DNA of 64,000 nt, from the NCBI GenBank assembly GCA_049647505.1, contig JBARXU010000013.1, positions 92,091 through 156,090 of the forward strand. The letters run 5' to 3'. Shown here in pieces: positions 45,404 through 53,828 of this stretch. Positions within the stretch are counted from its first letter, which is position 1. Each line of letters begins with the position of its first letter. Source of the stretch: Mesorhizobium sp. (lineage in GTDB: Bacteria; Pseudomonadota; Alphaproteobacteria; Rhizobiales; Rhizobiaceae). The translations under genes and the position numbers were made by a program. The notes under the pieces were generated by a model. The model did not search any database, was not told the origin of the DNA, and was given only the letters and a program-made list of their open reading frames with translations.

Positions 45404-46357
45404 TTACACCCGCTCGATGATCTTTTCGCCGAACAGCCCCTGCGGGCGGAACAGCAGCACAATGAGGGCCAGAACGAAGGCGAACCAAGTCTCGGTATTG
45501 CCGCCGAGCAGCGGCTGGCCCCAGTAGATCTCGAACAGCTTTTCGAGAATGCCGATAGCCAGTCCGCCGATGATGGCCCCGAGCACGCTTTCCAGCCCGC
45601 CCAGCATCAGCACTGGCAGCGCCTTGTAGGCGATGACCTCAAGCGCGAAGGAGACGCCCGCTCGCGAGCCCCAGACGATGCCCGTGGCGAGTGCGATGAT
45701 GCCGGCGATGAACCAGACCACGACCCAGATCATCGACAGCGAGATGCCGACCGACAGGGCGGCCTGATGGTCGTCGCCAAGCGCCCGGATGGCGCGGCCC
45801 ATCTTGGTGTAGTTGAGAAAGAGAAGCAGCCCGGCCACCAGTGCGATCGCGCCGACCACCGCGGTAAAGTCGCGCTGCTCGATCGACAGGAACCCGCCGA
45901 ACGGCTCGAATGTCCATGACCCGGTCGGAATGCCGAGTTCCTGCGTGATCATCACCTTGTTCTCGCCGCCGAAGATCACCTCGCCGAAGCCGATGAGGAA
46001 CAGCGTGATGCCGATCGTGGCCATGAACAGGATGATGTCGGGCTGGTTGACCAGCGGGCGCAGCACCACGCGCTCGATGCCAACTGCCAGGATAAACATG
46101 ACGCCTAATGTCAGCGGCAGCGCCAGCCATGCCGGCACGCCCCGCTCATGCAGGCCGACCAGCGTCAGCGCCGCGAAGACGACCATGATGCCTTGCGCGA
46201 AGTTGAAGATACGCGACGATTTGTAGATCAGCACGAAGCCGAGCGCGATCAGTGCATAGAGCACGCCCGACACCAGCCCTTCCCACAAGACCTGCATCAG
46301 GAAGTCCGGCGCCTCGACCATGTCGATGAACGGTTTGACCAGGATATCGTACAGCAT
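45404..46357 (-). CDS. branched-chain-amino-acid-type ABC permease (LivH-like)
   Basis: 317 aa. LWEGLVSGVLYALIALGFVLIYKSSRIFNFAQG, the typical LivH motif. Confidence 0.85.
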   Translation of the reverse strand: MLYDILVKPFIDMVEAPDFLMQVLWEGLVSGVLYALIALGFVLIYKSSRIFNFAQGIMVVFAALTLVGLHERGVPAWLALPLTLGVMFILAVGIERVVLRPLVNQPDIILFMATIGITLFLIGFGEVIFGGENKVMITQELGIPTGSWTFEPFGGFLSIEQRDFTAVVGAIALVAGLLLFLNYTKMGRAIRALGDDHQAALSVGISLSMIWVVVWFIAGIIALATGIVWGSRAGVSFALEVIAYKALPVLMLGGLESVLGAIIGGLAIGILEKLFEIYWGQPLLGGNTETWFAFVLALIVLLFRPQGLFGEKIIERV

Positions 46358-46424
46358 GATCAGATGATGCCCCGGTTTCGAGTGCGGAAGGGAATGAAGC
46401 GTTCGGCCACGGGGTCAGCTCCGC

Positions 46425-46562
46425 TCAACCGGCAAGCTGCGGAAACAGGCCGACAAGGCCGATCACGATCAGGTAGACCGCGACGATGTAGTTCAGCAGG
46501 CGGGGCATCACGAGAATGAGCACGCCGGCGATGAGGGAAATGATCGGGGTGAGCTGAAACAT
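46425..46562 (-). CDS. DUF3096-like small membrane protein (45 aa)
   Basis: Below the ORF-track size cutoff. My own translation gives MFQLTPIISLIAGVLILVMPRLLNYIVAVYLIVIGLVGLFPQLAG. That is two TM segments with the PRLLNYIVA.YLI motif I associate with DUF3096. It starts 18 nt after the livG-like stop. Confidence 0.55.
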   Translation of the reverse strand: MFQLTPIISLIAGVLILVMPRLLNYIVAVYLIVIGLVGLFPQLAG

Positions 46563-46580
46563 CTTGGTCGCGTCTCCTGG

Positions 46581-47408
46581 TCAGCCGTGACCAACGCCGA
46601 GATAGGCGTCGATCACATCCTTGCTGCTCTTGACTTCATCCGGGGTGCCGTCGGCGATCTTGCGTCCGTAGTCGAGCACGACCACGCGGTCGGACAGGTC
46701 CATCACCACGCCCATGTCGTGCTCGATCAGCGCGATCGTCGTGCCGCGCTGACGGTTCACCTCGATGATGAAGCGGCTCATGTCCTCTTTCTCTTCGAGG
46801 TTCATGCCCGCCATAGGCTCGTCGAGCAGAAGCAGCGACGGCTCCATCGCAAGCGCGCGGCCAAGCTCGACCCGCTTTTGCAGGCCGTAGGGCAACTTTC
46901 CGACAGGCGTGCGGCGAATGTGCTGGATTTCGAGGAAATCGATGATCTCCTCGACCTTCTGCCGGTGCTCGATCTCCTCGTTGAGCGCAGGGCCATGCCA
47001 CAGCATCTGCCAGCCGATATTGCGCTTCATCATCACCGAGCGGCCGGTCATGATGTTGTCGAGCGTCGACATGCCCTTGAACAGGGCCACATTCTGGAAG
47101 GTGCGCGCAATGCCCTGCCCCACCGCCTGATGCGGCTTCATCTTCACGCGTTCCTTGCCGCGAAAGATGATCGTGCCGACCTGGGGCCGGTAAAAGCCGT
47201 TGATGACATTCAGCATCGAGGTCTTGCCCGCGCCGTTCGGCCCGATGATCGCCCTGATCTCGCCCTTGAGCACGTTGAACGAAATGTCGGTGATTGCCTT
47301 CACCCCGCCGAAGGACAGCGAGACATTGCGGATGTCGAGCAGCACGTCGCCGGGCTTCACCCCGTCATCCATTGCGACAAGCTGCGAGTGGTCCACATGC
47401 TGGTTCAT
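46581..47408 (-). CDS. ABC transporter ATP-binding protein (LivG-like)
   Basis: Walker A GPNGAGKTS, LPYGLQKRVELGRAL and Walker B LLLLDEPMAG. It overlaps the synthetase gene by 4 nt. Confidence 0.85.
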   Translation of the reverse strand: MNQHVDHSQLVAMDDGVKPGDVLLDIRNVSLSFGGVKAITDISFNVLKGEIRAIIGPNGAGKTSMLNVINGFYRPQVGTIIFRGKERVKMKPHQAVGQGIARTFQNVALFKGMSTLDNIMTGRSVMMKRNIGWQMLWHGPALNEEIEHRQKVEEIIDFLEIQHIRRTPVGKLPYGLQKRVELGRALAMEPSLLLLDEPMAGMNLEEKEDMSRFIIEVNRQRGTTIALIEHDMGVVMDLSDRVVVLDYGRKIADGTPDEVKSSKDVIDAYLGVGHG

Positions 47409-49393
47409 TCCGCAGCCTCCCGCATCGCGCCCTTGTCGACGGGAATCGTCTTTGCGTCCGCAATCTGCACGGTCGCCTTGAGGCGCCCCTTGCGGCCGTC
47501 CTCATAGGTCACTTCGGTCTCGATGAACTTCTCCTTCGAGCCGTCATAAAGCGCATCGATCAGCGGCGCGTAACGCTCGGCGACGAAGGCACGCTTGACC
47601 TTCTGGGTCCGCGTCATCTCGCCGTCGTCCGCGTCGAGCTCCTTATGCAGCACGAGGAAGCGCCTGATCTGCGCGCCTGCCATCATCGGCTCGGCGGCGA
47701 GACGCTTGTTGGTCTCGTCCACATGGCCGGCGATGATCTTGTAGACGTCCGGATGGCCTGCCAGTTCCTGATAGGAGGCGTAGGCGATGTTGTTGCGCTC
47801 AGCCCAGTTTCCCACCGCCTGAAGGTCGATGTTGATGAAGGCGGTGACGCTGTCGCGGCCGTCGCCGAAGGCCACCGCTTCCTTGATGTTGGGGAAGAAC
47901 TTCAGGATGTTCTCGATGTATTTCGGCGCAAACAGAGAGCCGTCTGTCAGCTTGCCGACATCCTTGGCGCGGTCGATGATGCGAAGCTGGCCGTCCTTCT
48001 CGAAGAAGCCTGCGTCGCCCGTCTTGACGAAACCGTCTTCGGTCAGCGTGTCCTTCGTCGCCTCGTCGGCCTTGAAATAACCGGCGAACATGCCCGGCGA
48101 CTTGAACTGGACCTCGCCATTGTCGGCAATGCGGATATCGACATGCGGTGCCGCCGGGCCGACCGTATCGGACCTTACCGCGCCGTCCTTCTGCACCGTC
48201 ACGTAAAGGAATGCCTCCGTCTGGCCGTAGAGCTGCTTGAGGTTGATGCCCAGCGACCGGAAGAAGGAGAACAGGTCCGCCCCGATCGCCTCACCCGCCG
48301 TGTAGGCGACGCGGATGTTGGAGAAACCCAGCACATTCTTCAGCGGGCCATAGATCAGGAACGAGCCGAGCGCATAGGAAATGCGCCCGCCGAGAGGCAC
48401 GGGACGCCCTTCGAGGATCGCCTCGCCATGCTTGCGCGCCACCCCGATGAAATGCTCGAACATCCAGCGTTTCAGCCGGCCGGCATCCTCCATGCGGATC
48501 GTCACGCGCGTCAGCAGCCCCTCGAACACGCGCGGCGGCGCAAAGTAGAAGGTCGGCGCGATGTCGCGCAAATCCTGCGCCACCGTCTCCCCGCTCTCGG
48601 GGCAGTTCATGCAGAAGCCCGACACATAACTCTGCGCATAGTTCAGGTAATGATCGCCGACCCACGCAAGCGGCAGATAGGCAAGCACGCTGTCCGCATC
48701 GGTCAGCCGGTCGAAGTCGGCCGTGTCGCGCGCGGCATTGACCGAGCCTTCCGCCGTCAGCATCACACCCTTCGAGCGGCCCGTCGTGCCGGACGTATAG
48801 AGCATGACCGAAAGTTCGCTTCCCTTGGCGGCGTCAATGTCGGCCGCCCAGCGTTTGGCCGCATCCGGGTCGCGCTGCATCCTGTCGAGCCCGAGCTTCT
48901 GCACGTTCTCGAAATCATGCAGGCTGGTATGGTCGTAGTCCTTCAAGCCGCGCGGCTCGTCATAGATCACCTGCTGCAGGAGCGGCAGTTGATCTGCGAA
49001 CGACTGGATCTTGTCGACCTGCTCCTGATCCTGAACGACGGCAAAGCGCACTTCGGCATGGCCGAGCACATAGGCCATCTCTTCGGCGACCGCGTCGGCA
49101 TAGACCGGGACCGGGATCGCCCCCAGAGATTGCACCGCACAGATCGTCCAGTAGAGGCGCGGGCGGTTTGCGCCGATGACGGCAACACGTTCGCCGTGTC
49201 TCAGCCCCAGCGTCTGGAGACCGAGCGCAAAGGCGCGCACCTCCTCCATCTGCTCGCGCCAGGTCCAGCTCTGCCAGATCCCGTAATCCTTGTGCCGAAT
49301 GGCGGGGCGCGCCGCAAAACGCTCGGCGTTCCACAGGAGATACTTCGCAAAAGTGTCGAGCGGCCGATCGCCGGCCTGCGCCGTCGCTACCAT
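47405..49393 (-). CDS. AMP-dependent long-chain acyl-CoA synthetase (FAA1/COG1022-like), second copy
   Basis: YTSGTTGRSKGVMLT, YGQTE and TGDAGFFEKDGQLRIIDRAKD. Start chosen at ATG 49393 (MVATAQAG...). Confidence 0.85.
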   Translation of the reverse strand: MVATAQAGDRPLDTFAKYLLWNAERFAARPAIRHKDYGIWQSWTWREQMEEVRAFALGLQTLGLRHGERVAVIGANRPRLYWTICAVQSLGAIPVPVYADAVAEEMAYVLGHAEVRFAVVQDQEQVDKIQSFADQLPLLQQVIYDEPRGLKDYDHTSLHDFENVQKLGLDRMQRDPDAAKRWAADIDAAKGSELSVMLYTSGTTGRSKGVMLTAEGSVNAARDTADFDRLTDADSVLAYLPLAWVGDHYLNYAQSYVSGFCMNCPESGETVAQDLRDIAPTFYFAPPRVFEGLLTRVTIRMEDAGRLKRWMFEHFIGVARKHGEAILEGRPVPLGGRISYALGSFLIYGPLKNVLGFSNIRVAYTAGEAIGADLFSFFRSLGINLKQLYGQTEAFLYVTVQKDGAVRSDTVGPAAPHVDIRIADNGEVQFKSPGMFAGYFKADEATKDTLTEDGFVKTGDAGFFEKDGQLRIIDRAKDVGKLTDGSLFAPKYIENILKFFPNIKEAVAFGDGRDSVTAFINIDLQAVGNWAERNNIAYASYQELAGHPDVYKIIAGHVDETNKRLAAEPMMAGAQIRRFLVLHKELDADDGEMTRTQKVKRAFVAERYAPLIDALYDGSKEKFIETEVTYEDGRKGRLKATVQIADAKTIPVDKGAMREAAE

Positions 49394-49702
49394 GTTGCCT
49401 GCTCCTCCCGATCCGCAGTTTTTATTGCGGTTATGCAAACTTTAGCCGTCGTCCCCTGCTGCGCAACCCCGACGTTTGGGGAACGACACGCAACCGGCTC
49501 TCAACGGATCAGATCTTTATTCTGTTCCTCACGGTCAAGGTTTCACGTTCGGCGGTCGCAAGCAACGGCTCGATTGACAGACAGACCGATAGGTTGTCAT
49601 GTAGATGTGCCCGGATTCGCTTGCTGACGGGTGCTTGGTCTGCCATGTGCGCCATTGCGCACCGCAGGGCCTACTTTTGCACTGCCAGAATTCCCGCTTC
49701 GG

Positions 49703-50395
49703 CTATTCGTCTTCGTAAAAATTGAGCGCGGTCAGGTTCCTGACGACGATGCGCCCGTGCTCTACTGCAAGCAGTCCCTCGGCTTCCAGAGCCTGCAACG
49801 AGCGGTTCACCACCGGCCGCGACAGCGCCGCCAGCAGCGCAAGTTCTTCCTGACCGATCTCGATGCTGGTCGCCGTGTCCGGATAGAGCACCGGATTGAG
49901 CAGCCATGAGATGTGGCGCGCGACCCGCGCCTTCGGCGACAGGATGCGGTCATATTCGATGGTCGCGATGAACTGGCCCATGCGCTCGTTCAGCTGCCGC
50001 ACGAGAAACCGGTTGAAGCCCGTGCTGTTCTCGTAGAGCCACATGAAGGTCGCGCGCGGCATCAATGCCATGCGCGTCTCCCCCATTGCCACGAGATCGT
50101 AGCGGCGCGGCTCGTCCTTGAGCACCGACCCTTCGCCGAACCAGCCGCCCGCTCCTATGCCCGCAAAGGTCATCGCCTTGCCGGAGACCGAGATGGCGCT
50201 GATCTTGACCAGCCCCGCGACCACGCCCGTCCAATAGTCGAGTTTGTCGCCTCTGTGCGTGATGTAGCTGCCCTTGGCGAAGTGGCGCTCGATCATACCC
50301 TTTCGCGCCCGCTCGAGTTCGGCAGGGGTCAGCTCATTGGCCCATACGAACTGGGCGACGATATCGGTTTTCTCAGTCATCACCGGCAGGCGCAC
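49703..50395 (-). CDS. Crp/Fnr family transcriptional regulator (cNMP-binding + HTH)
   Basis: 230 aa with a cNMP-binding beta-barrel (FAKGSYITHRGDKLDYWTGVVAGLVK...GGWFGEGSVL) and a C-terminal HTH (QEELALLAALSRPVVNRSLQALEAEGLL). Confidence 0.8.
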   Translation of the reverse strand: MRLPVMTEKTDIVAQFVWANELTPAELERARKGMIERHFAKGSYITHRGDKLDYWTGVVAGLVKISAISVSGKAMTFAGIGAGGWFGEGSVLKDEPRRYDLVAMGETRMALMPRATFMWLYENSTGFNRFLVRQLNERMGQFIATIEYDRILSPKARVARHISWLLNPVLYPDTATSIEIGQEELALLAALSRPVVNRSLQALEAEGLLAVEHGRIVVRNLTALNFYEDE

Positions 50396-50459
50396 TCAAC
50401 CGCAACATGATGCGGCATCCGGTTATGGCGAGATACGCAGCGCCTTACAAGAACCGGGA

Positions 50460-51251
50460 TCAGGCGGCCTGCAGGTAATAGTGGGCTGTGGGCAGGATGG
50501 TCAGCGGCGCGATTTCGCCGGCCCTGGGCTTGCCGAACATCATCCGCTGCTCGGCCGGCGTCGACTTGAAGAACGGGTAGCGCGCCATCATGCCGTCTTC
50601 GGTGGTGCGGCAGTGCGCCTGATAGAGCACGACCTCGTAGTTCAGATCCGGGAACGGCCGCAAGGGCGCGACCTGACGCGCATTGAACACCCGCCGGTAG
50701 AATGGCGCGTGATCGGGCCTGACCGTCGACAGGCAATAGTCGGCCTTGAAGAAGATGCTGGCCATCGCAGCCAGGCGCAACGTCAGATACGGCAGATACG
50801 GAAACTGTGCAGTCGCGTCCGGATCGGCGGCAAAACGGCTCGGATCGACAAACGTCTCGCCTGCGGCGATGCGATGTTCCAGAAGGTCCGCGAAGACGGC
50901 CGCGCTCGGCGAACCGGGCGTCTTGGCGGTCACGTGATGGAGCCTGATCGTGCTTGCCAGTTCACCGTCAAGATACACGCCGAAGGTCATCGCATTGGGA
51001 AGGTTGTCGAACCGGTCCGTCACGGTTCCCCTGGGATTTGCCGGCACCATCCCGCTCGCCAGATAGGAGCGGTAGCGCAGTCGATGCATCGCCTCGATAT
51101 CTTCGCCGACTTCGGCGCGGCGATATTCGACGCGCGATAGCTGATCGAGAACATTCTTGGCAAAATTGGAAGGAAGATTCGAAAGAATACCGCTCCTGGA
51201 GCTGGCCTCTGTTTCAGAAACACCCACACTCATCATCACCAAATCACCCAC
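50460..51251 (-). CDS. GNAT-fold N-acyl amino acid synthase-like protein (FeeM/OlsB/LuxI-related family)
   Basis: 263 aa. AMHRLRYRSYLASGMVPANP...DRFDNLPNAMTFGVYLDGELASTIRL...FVDPSRFAADPD...VRPDHAPFYRRVFNARQVAP follows the pattern I know from FeeM-type N-acyl amino acid synthases and OlsB. Family assignment is from memory only. The start is uncertain (GTG 51251, ATG 51236 or 51233). Confidence 0.55.
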   Translation of the reverse strand: MGDLVMMSVGVSETEASSRSGILSNLPSNFAKNVLDQLSRVEYRRAEVGEDIEAMHRLRYRSYLASGMVPANPRGTVTDRFDNLPNAMTFGVYLDGELASTIRLHHVTAKTPGSPSAAVFADLLEHRIAAGETFVDPSRFAADPDATAQFPYLPYLTLRLAAMASIFFKADYCLSTVRPDHAPFYRRVFNARQVAPLRPFPDLNYEVVLYQAHCRTTEDGMMARYPFFKSTPAEQRMMFGKPRAGEIAPLTILPTAHYYLQAA

Positions 51252-51320
51252 AACCCCGAGGCGTAGGTTAACGAAAAGTGAATGTTAGAAAAGCGAAAAA
51301 CGGCAGGACTTCATTTACCT

Positions 51321-51338
51321 CGCGTTAACGTTAACGCG
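51321..51338. promoter_or_regulatory. perfect 18-bp palindrome CGCGTTAACGTTAACGCG in the AT-rich gap upstream of the N-acyl synthase-like gene
   Basis: Read directly; it is self-complementary over all 18 positions. A further GTTAAC lies at about 51267-51272. A regulatory role is inferred only. Confidence 0.4.
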
Positions 51339-51379
51339 TAGGGCCGAAAACTCACACCAATCTTCAGGTTTCTTGCGGC

Positions 51380-53701
51380 TCAGCCGTTTCCGGCCAGCCG
51401 CAGACGCTGCTCGGCGAGAAGCTCCTGCGCGAACGGCCAGGTCGTCGTCGACATGGTCTGGATTCCGGACGCGGAGAGCGCCGAACCGAACAGGAAGCCC
51501 TGGACCAGCTCCGGCCTGATCTCGTTTGCGAGGATGCGCAGCTGCTCGCTCGTCTCGACGCCTTCGATCGTTACCTTGAGGTTCAGCGCCCTGCTGATGT
51601 TGACGACGCCTTCAAGCAGCCGCTTGGAACGCTCGTTGGTCGTCAGGTCCTCGATGAAGGAACGGTCGATCTTCACCCTGTCGAGCGGCAGCGTGTGCAG
51701 ATAGCTGAGGCTCGAATATCCGGTGCCGAAATCGTCAAGTGCGATCCTCACGCCCAGACCCTTCAATTCCTCAAGTAGTGAACGCGTTGAAGACTTGTCG
51801 TCGAGAAGCGCCGTCTCGGTCACTTCGATCTCAAGGCGGTGCGGGTCCAGTCCGGAATTTGCGAGGGCCGAGCGGACGCCGTCGATCACATCCCTGCCAA
51901 CGAAGTCCTTGGCCGAGAGATTGACCGAGACACCGATCGATTCCGGCCATTTCACGCATTCCTTCGCCGCCGACCGGAGCATGAACAGGCTGAGATCGGA
52001 GATGATGCCCATCTCTTCGGCGAGCGGGATGAAGATGGCAGGCGAAACCGAGCCGAATTGCGGGTGGTCCCAGCGGCAAAGCGCCTCGCAGCTGGCAATG
52101 CGCATCGTATCGAGAGACACGATTGGCTGGTAGACGATACGAAGGCCGCCCTGCTCGATGGTCTGGCGCAGCTCGGCCTTCATCAGCTGACGATTGCGGA
52201 ACTCCGCATCCATCACGGATTCGAACATCGACCAGCCGTTCTTGCCTGCTTCCTTGGCCTTGTAGAGCGCGAGGTCAGCTTTCACGATCATCGAATCGAC
52301 GTTTGCGTCCGTGATCCTGAGCAACACGGTCCCGATGCTTGCATGGATGTGCAGCGTATGCCCCCCGACGTCGATCGTCGGAGCCAGCATCGCCGCCAGG
52401 CGCTTCATCTCGGCTTCCAGCGCCGCCTCATTCTCCAGGGCGTCGAAGTAGACCATGAATTCGTCGCCGCCGATGCGCGACACATGGGTGCCGGCCTGCG
52501 CGAAACGGCCCAGCCGCTCGGCAACGGCCTGAATGATACGGTCGCCCATCGGATGGCCGAGCGTATCGTTGAACTCCTTGAAATCGTCGAGGTCGAGGAT
52601 CGCCAGTGCGCAGTTGCGCGTCGGATCGCCGGCCGCCAGTGCCTCGCCCACAAGTTCGTGGAAATAGGCGCGGTTGGGCAATCCGGTCAGATTGTCGTAG
52701 CGCGCCATATAGCGGATCTTCTCTTCGGACTCGACCCGCGCTGTGACTTCCTCGAAGGTGATGACGCCGAGTTCGTCGGTGCCCTCGCGCGCCGAGAATT
52801 CGTAGTGGCGTCCGTCTGAAAGGTTCAGCATCAGCTTGCGGTCGCGCCCGTCGCGCAGCGCCCGGTTGAGCTGGGCCGTCACAAACAGCGCATCGCGGCG
52901 CGACAGAAATCCAGCGGCCACGCCGCGCATCAGAAGCGCGCCGAGCGTGCGGCCGAGCATGCGGTCCGGATCGCCCATGGCAAGCACCTGCGTCGCCTCG
53001 GAGTTGGCAACCGCCACCTTGCCGCTTGAATCGAGCATGATCAGGCCGTGCGACATGGTATTGAGCGCCCGGTCGAACTTCTGCGCCAGTCCGTTGGCCT
53101 TCTTCTTTTCGTAGATCACCGACAGAAATGTCTCGCGTACGCGGCCCGCCATCTGGACGATGGTGGCGCAGAACGGGACGATCAGCAGTCCGATCGCGAT
53201 GCTAAACACGTCTCCGCGCAGGACAAGGCCCGCGGAAATGGGGATCGTCATCGTTGCGGCAAGGATCAGCACCATCCGGTTCGACGCATAATTACGCCCG
53301 ACGATGCCGAGCGCAGAACCCAGCGTCACGATGACAGCGGCCACTTCGGCCAGCGGGTCAGGGCGCAAATAGAGCGACACGAAACAGTAAAGCCCAAGAA
53401 GCGCACCCTGGACCGCGCCGCGGATCAGATAATCGCGCTCCCACTCCTGAGCTTCTTCGCGCGTCGTCGGCGCCGGCTGGGCTTCACGCCGCCGGATACC
53501 GGCATAGCGGAAGATGCCGACGGCAACGAGCAGCACGGCCAGGACCAGATAAACCGGCTGCCTATTGTAGAGGTAGACGACAAGAGCAGTCGCGCCCTGG
53601 CTCAGCCCGCCCCAGACCAGCACATTGCGATCCGCGTACAGCGACTGCACAAAGGGAATATAGACGTCTGTCGGAACAGACTTGGCGTTGGCCTGCTTCA
53701 T
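51380..53701 (-). CDS. membrane sensor with PAS, GGDEF (diguanylate cyclase) and EAL (phosphodiesterase) domains
   Basis: 773 aa with about 5-6 N-terminal TM helices and a PAS-like segment (MSHGLIMLDSSGKVAVANSEA). The A-site is intact (SRIGGDEFMVYF). EAL landmarks are CEALCRW, DDFGTGYSSLSYL and IEGVET. Confidence 0.85.
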   Translation of the reverse strand: MKQANAKSVPTDVYIPFVQSLYADRNVLVWGGLSQGATALVVYLYNRQPVYLVLAVLLVAVGIFRYAGIRRREAQPAPTTREEAQEWERDYLIRGAVQGALLGLYCFVSLYLRPDPLAEVAAVIVTLGSALGIVGRNYASNRMVLILAATMTIPISAGLVLRGDVFSIAIGLLIVPFCATIVQMAGRVRETFLSVIYEKKKANGLAQKFDRALNTMSHGLIMLDSSGKVAVANSEATQVLAMGDPDRMLGRTLGALLMRGVAAGFLSRRDALFVTAQLNRALRDGRDRKLMLNLSDGRHYEFSAREGTDELGVITFEEVTARVESEEKIRYMARYDNLTGLPNRAYFHELVGEALAAGDPTRNCALAILDLDDFKEFNDTLGHPMGDRIIQAVAERLGRFAQAGTHVSRIGGDEFMVYFDALENEAALEAEMKRLAAMLAPTIDVGGHTLHIHASIGTVLLRITDANVDSMIVKADLALYKAKEAGKNGWSMFESVMDAEFRNRQLMKAELRQTIEQGGLRIVYQPIVSLDTMRIASCEALCRWDHPQFGSVSPAIFIPLAEEMGIISDLSLFMLRSAAKECVKWPESIGVSVNLSAKDFVGRDVIDGVRSALANSGLDPHRLEIEVTETALLDDKSSTRSLLEELKGLGVRIALDDFGTGYSSLSYLHTLPLDRVKIDRSFIEDLTTNERSKRLLEGVVNISRALNLKVTIEGVETSEQLRILANEIRPELVQGFLFGSALSASGIQTMSTTTWPFAQELLAEQRLRLAGNG

Positions 53702-53828
53702 TTTCCGATAGCCCGAGCTCAGGATAACTCATACGCCACTGCAATTAAGAAAGACTTATTCCCTGCGGACACGGCCTCGGTTCACGCAGCGGATTCAGCC
53801 GTTTACACGCTGTGCGGGCAATAAATTT

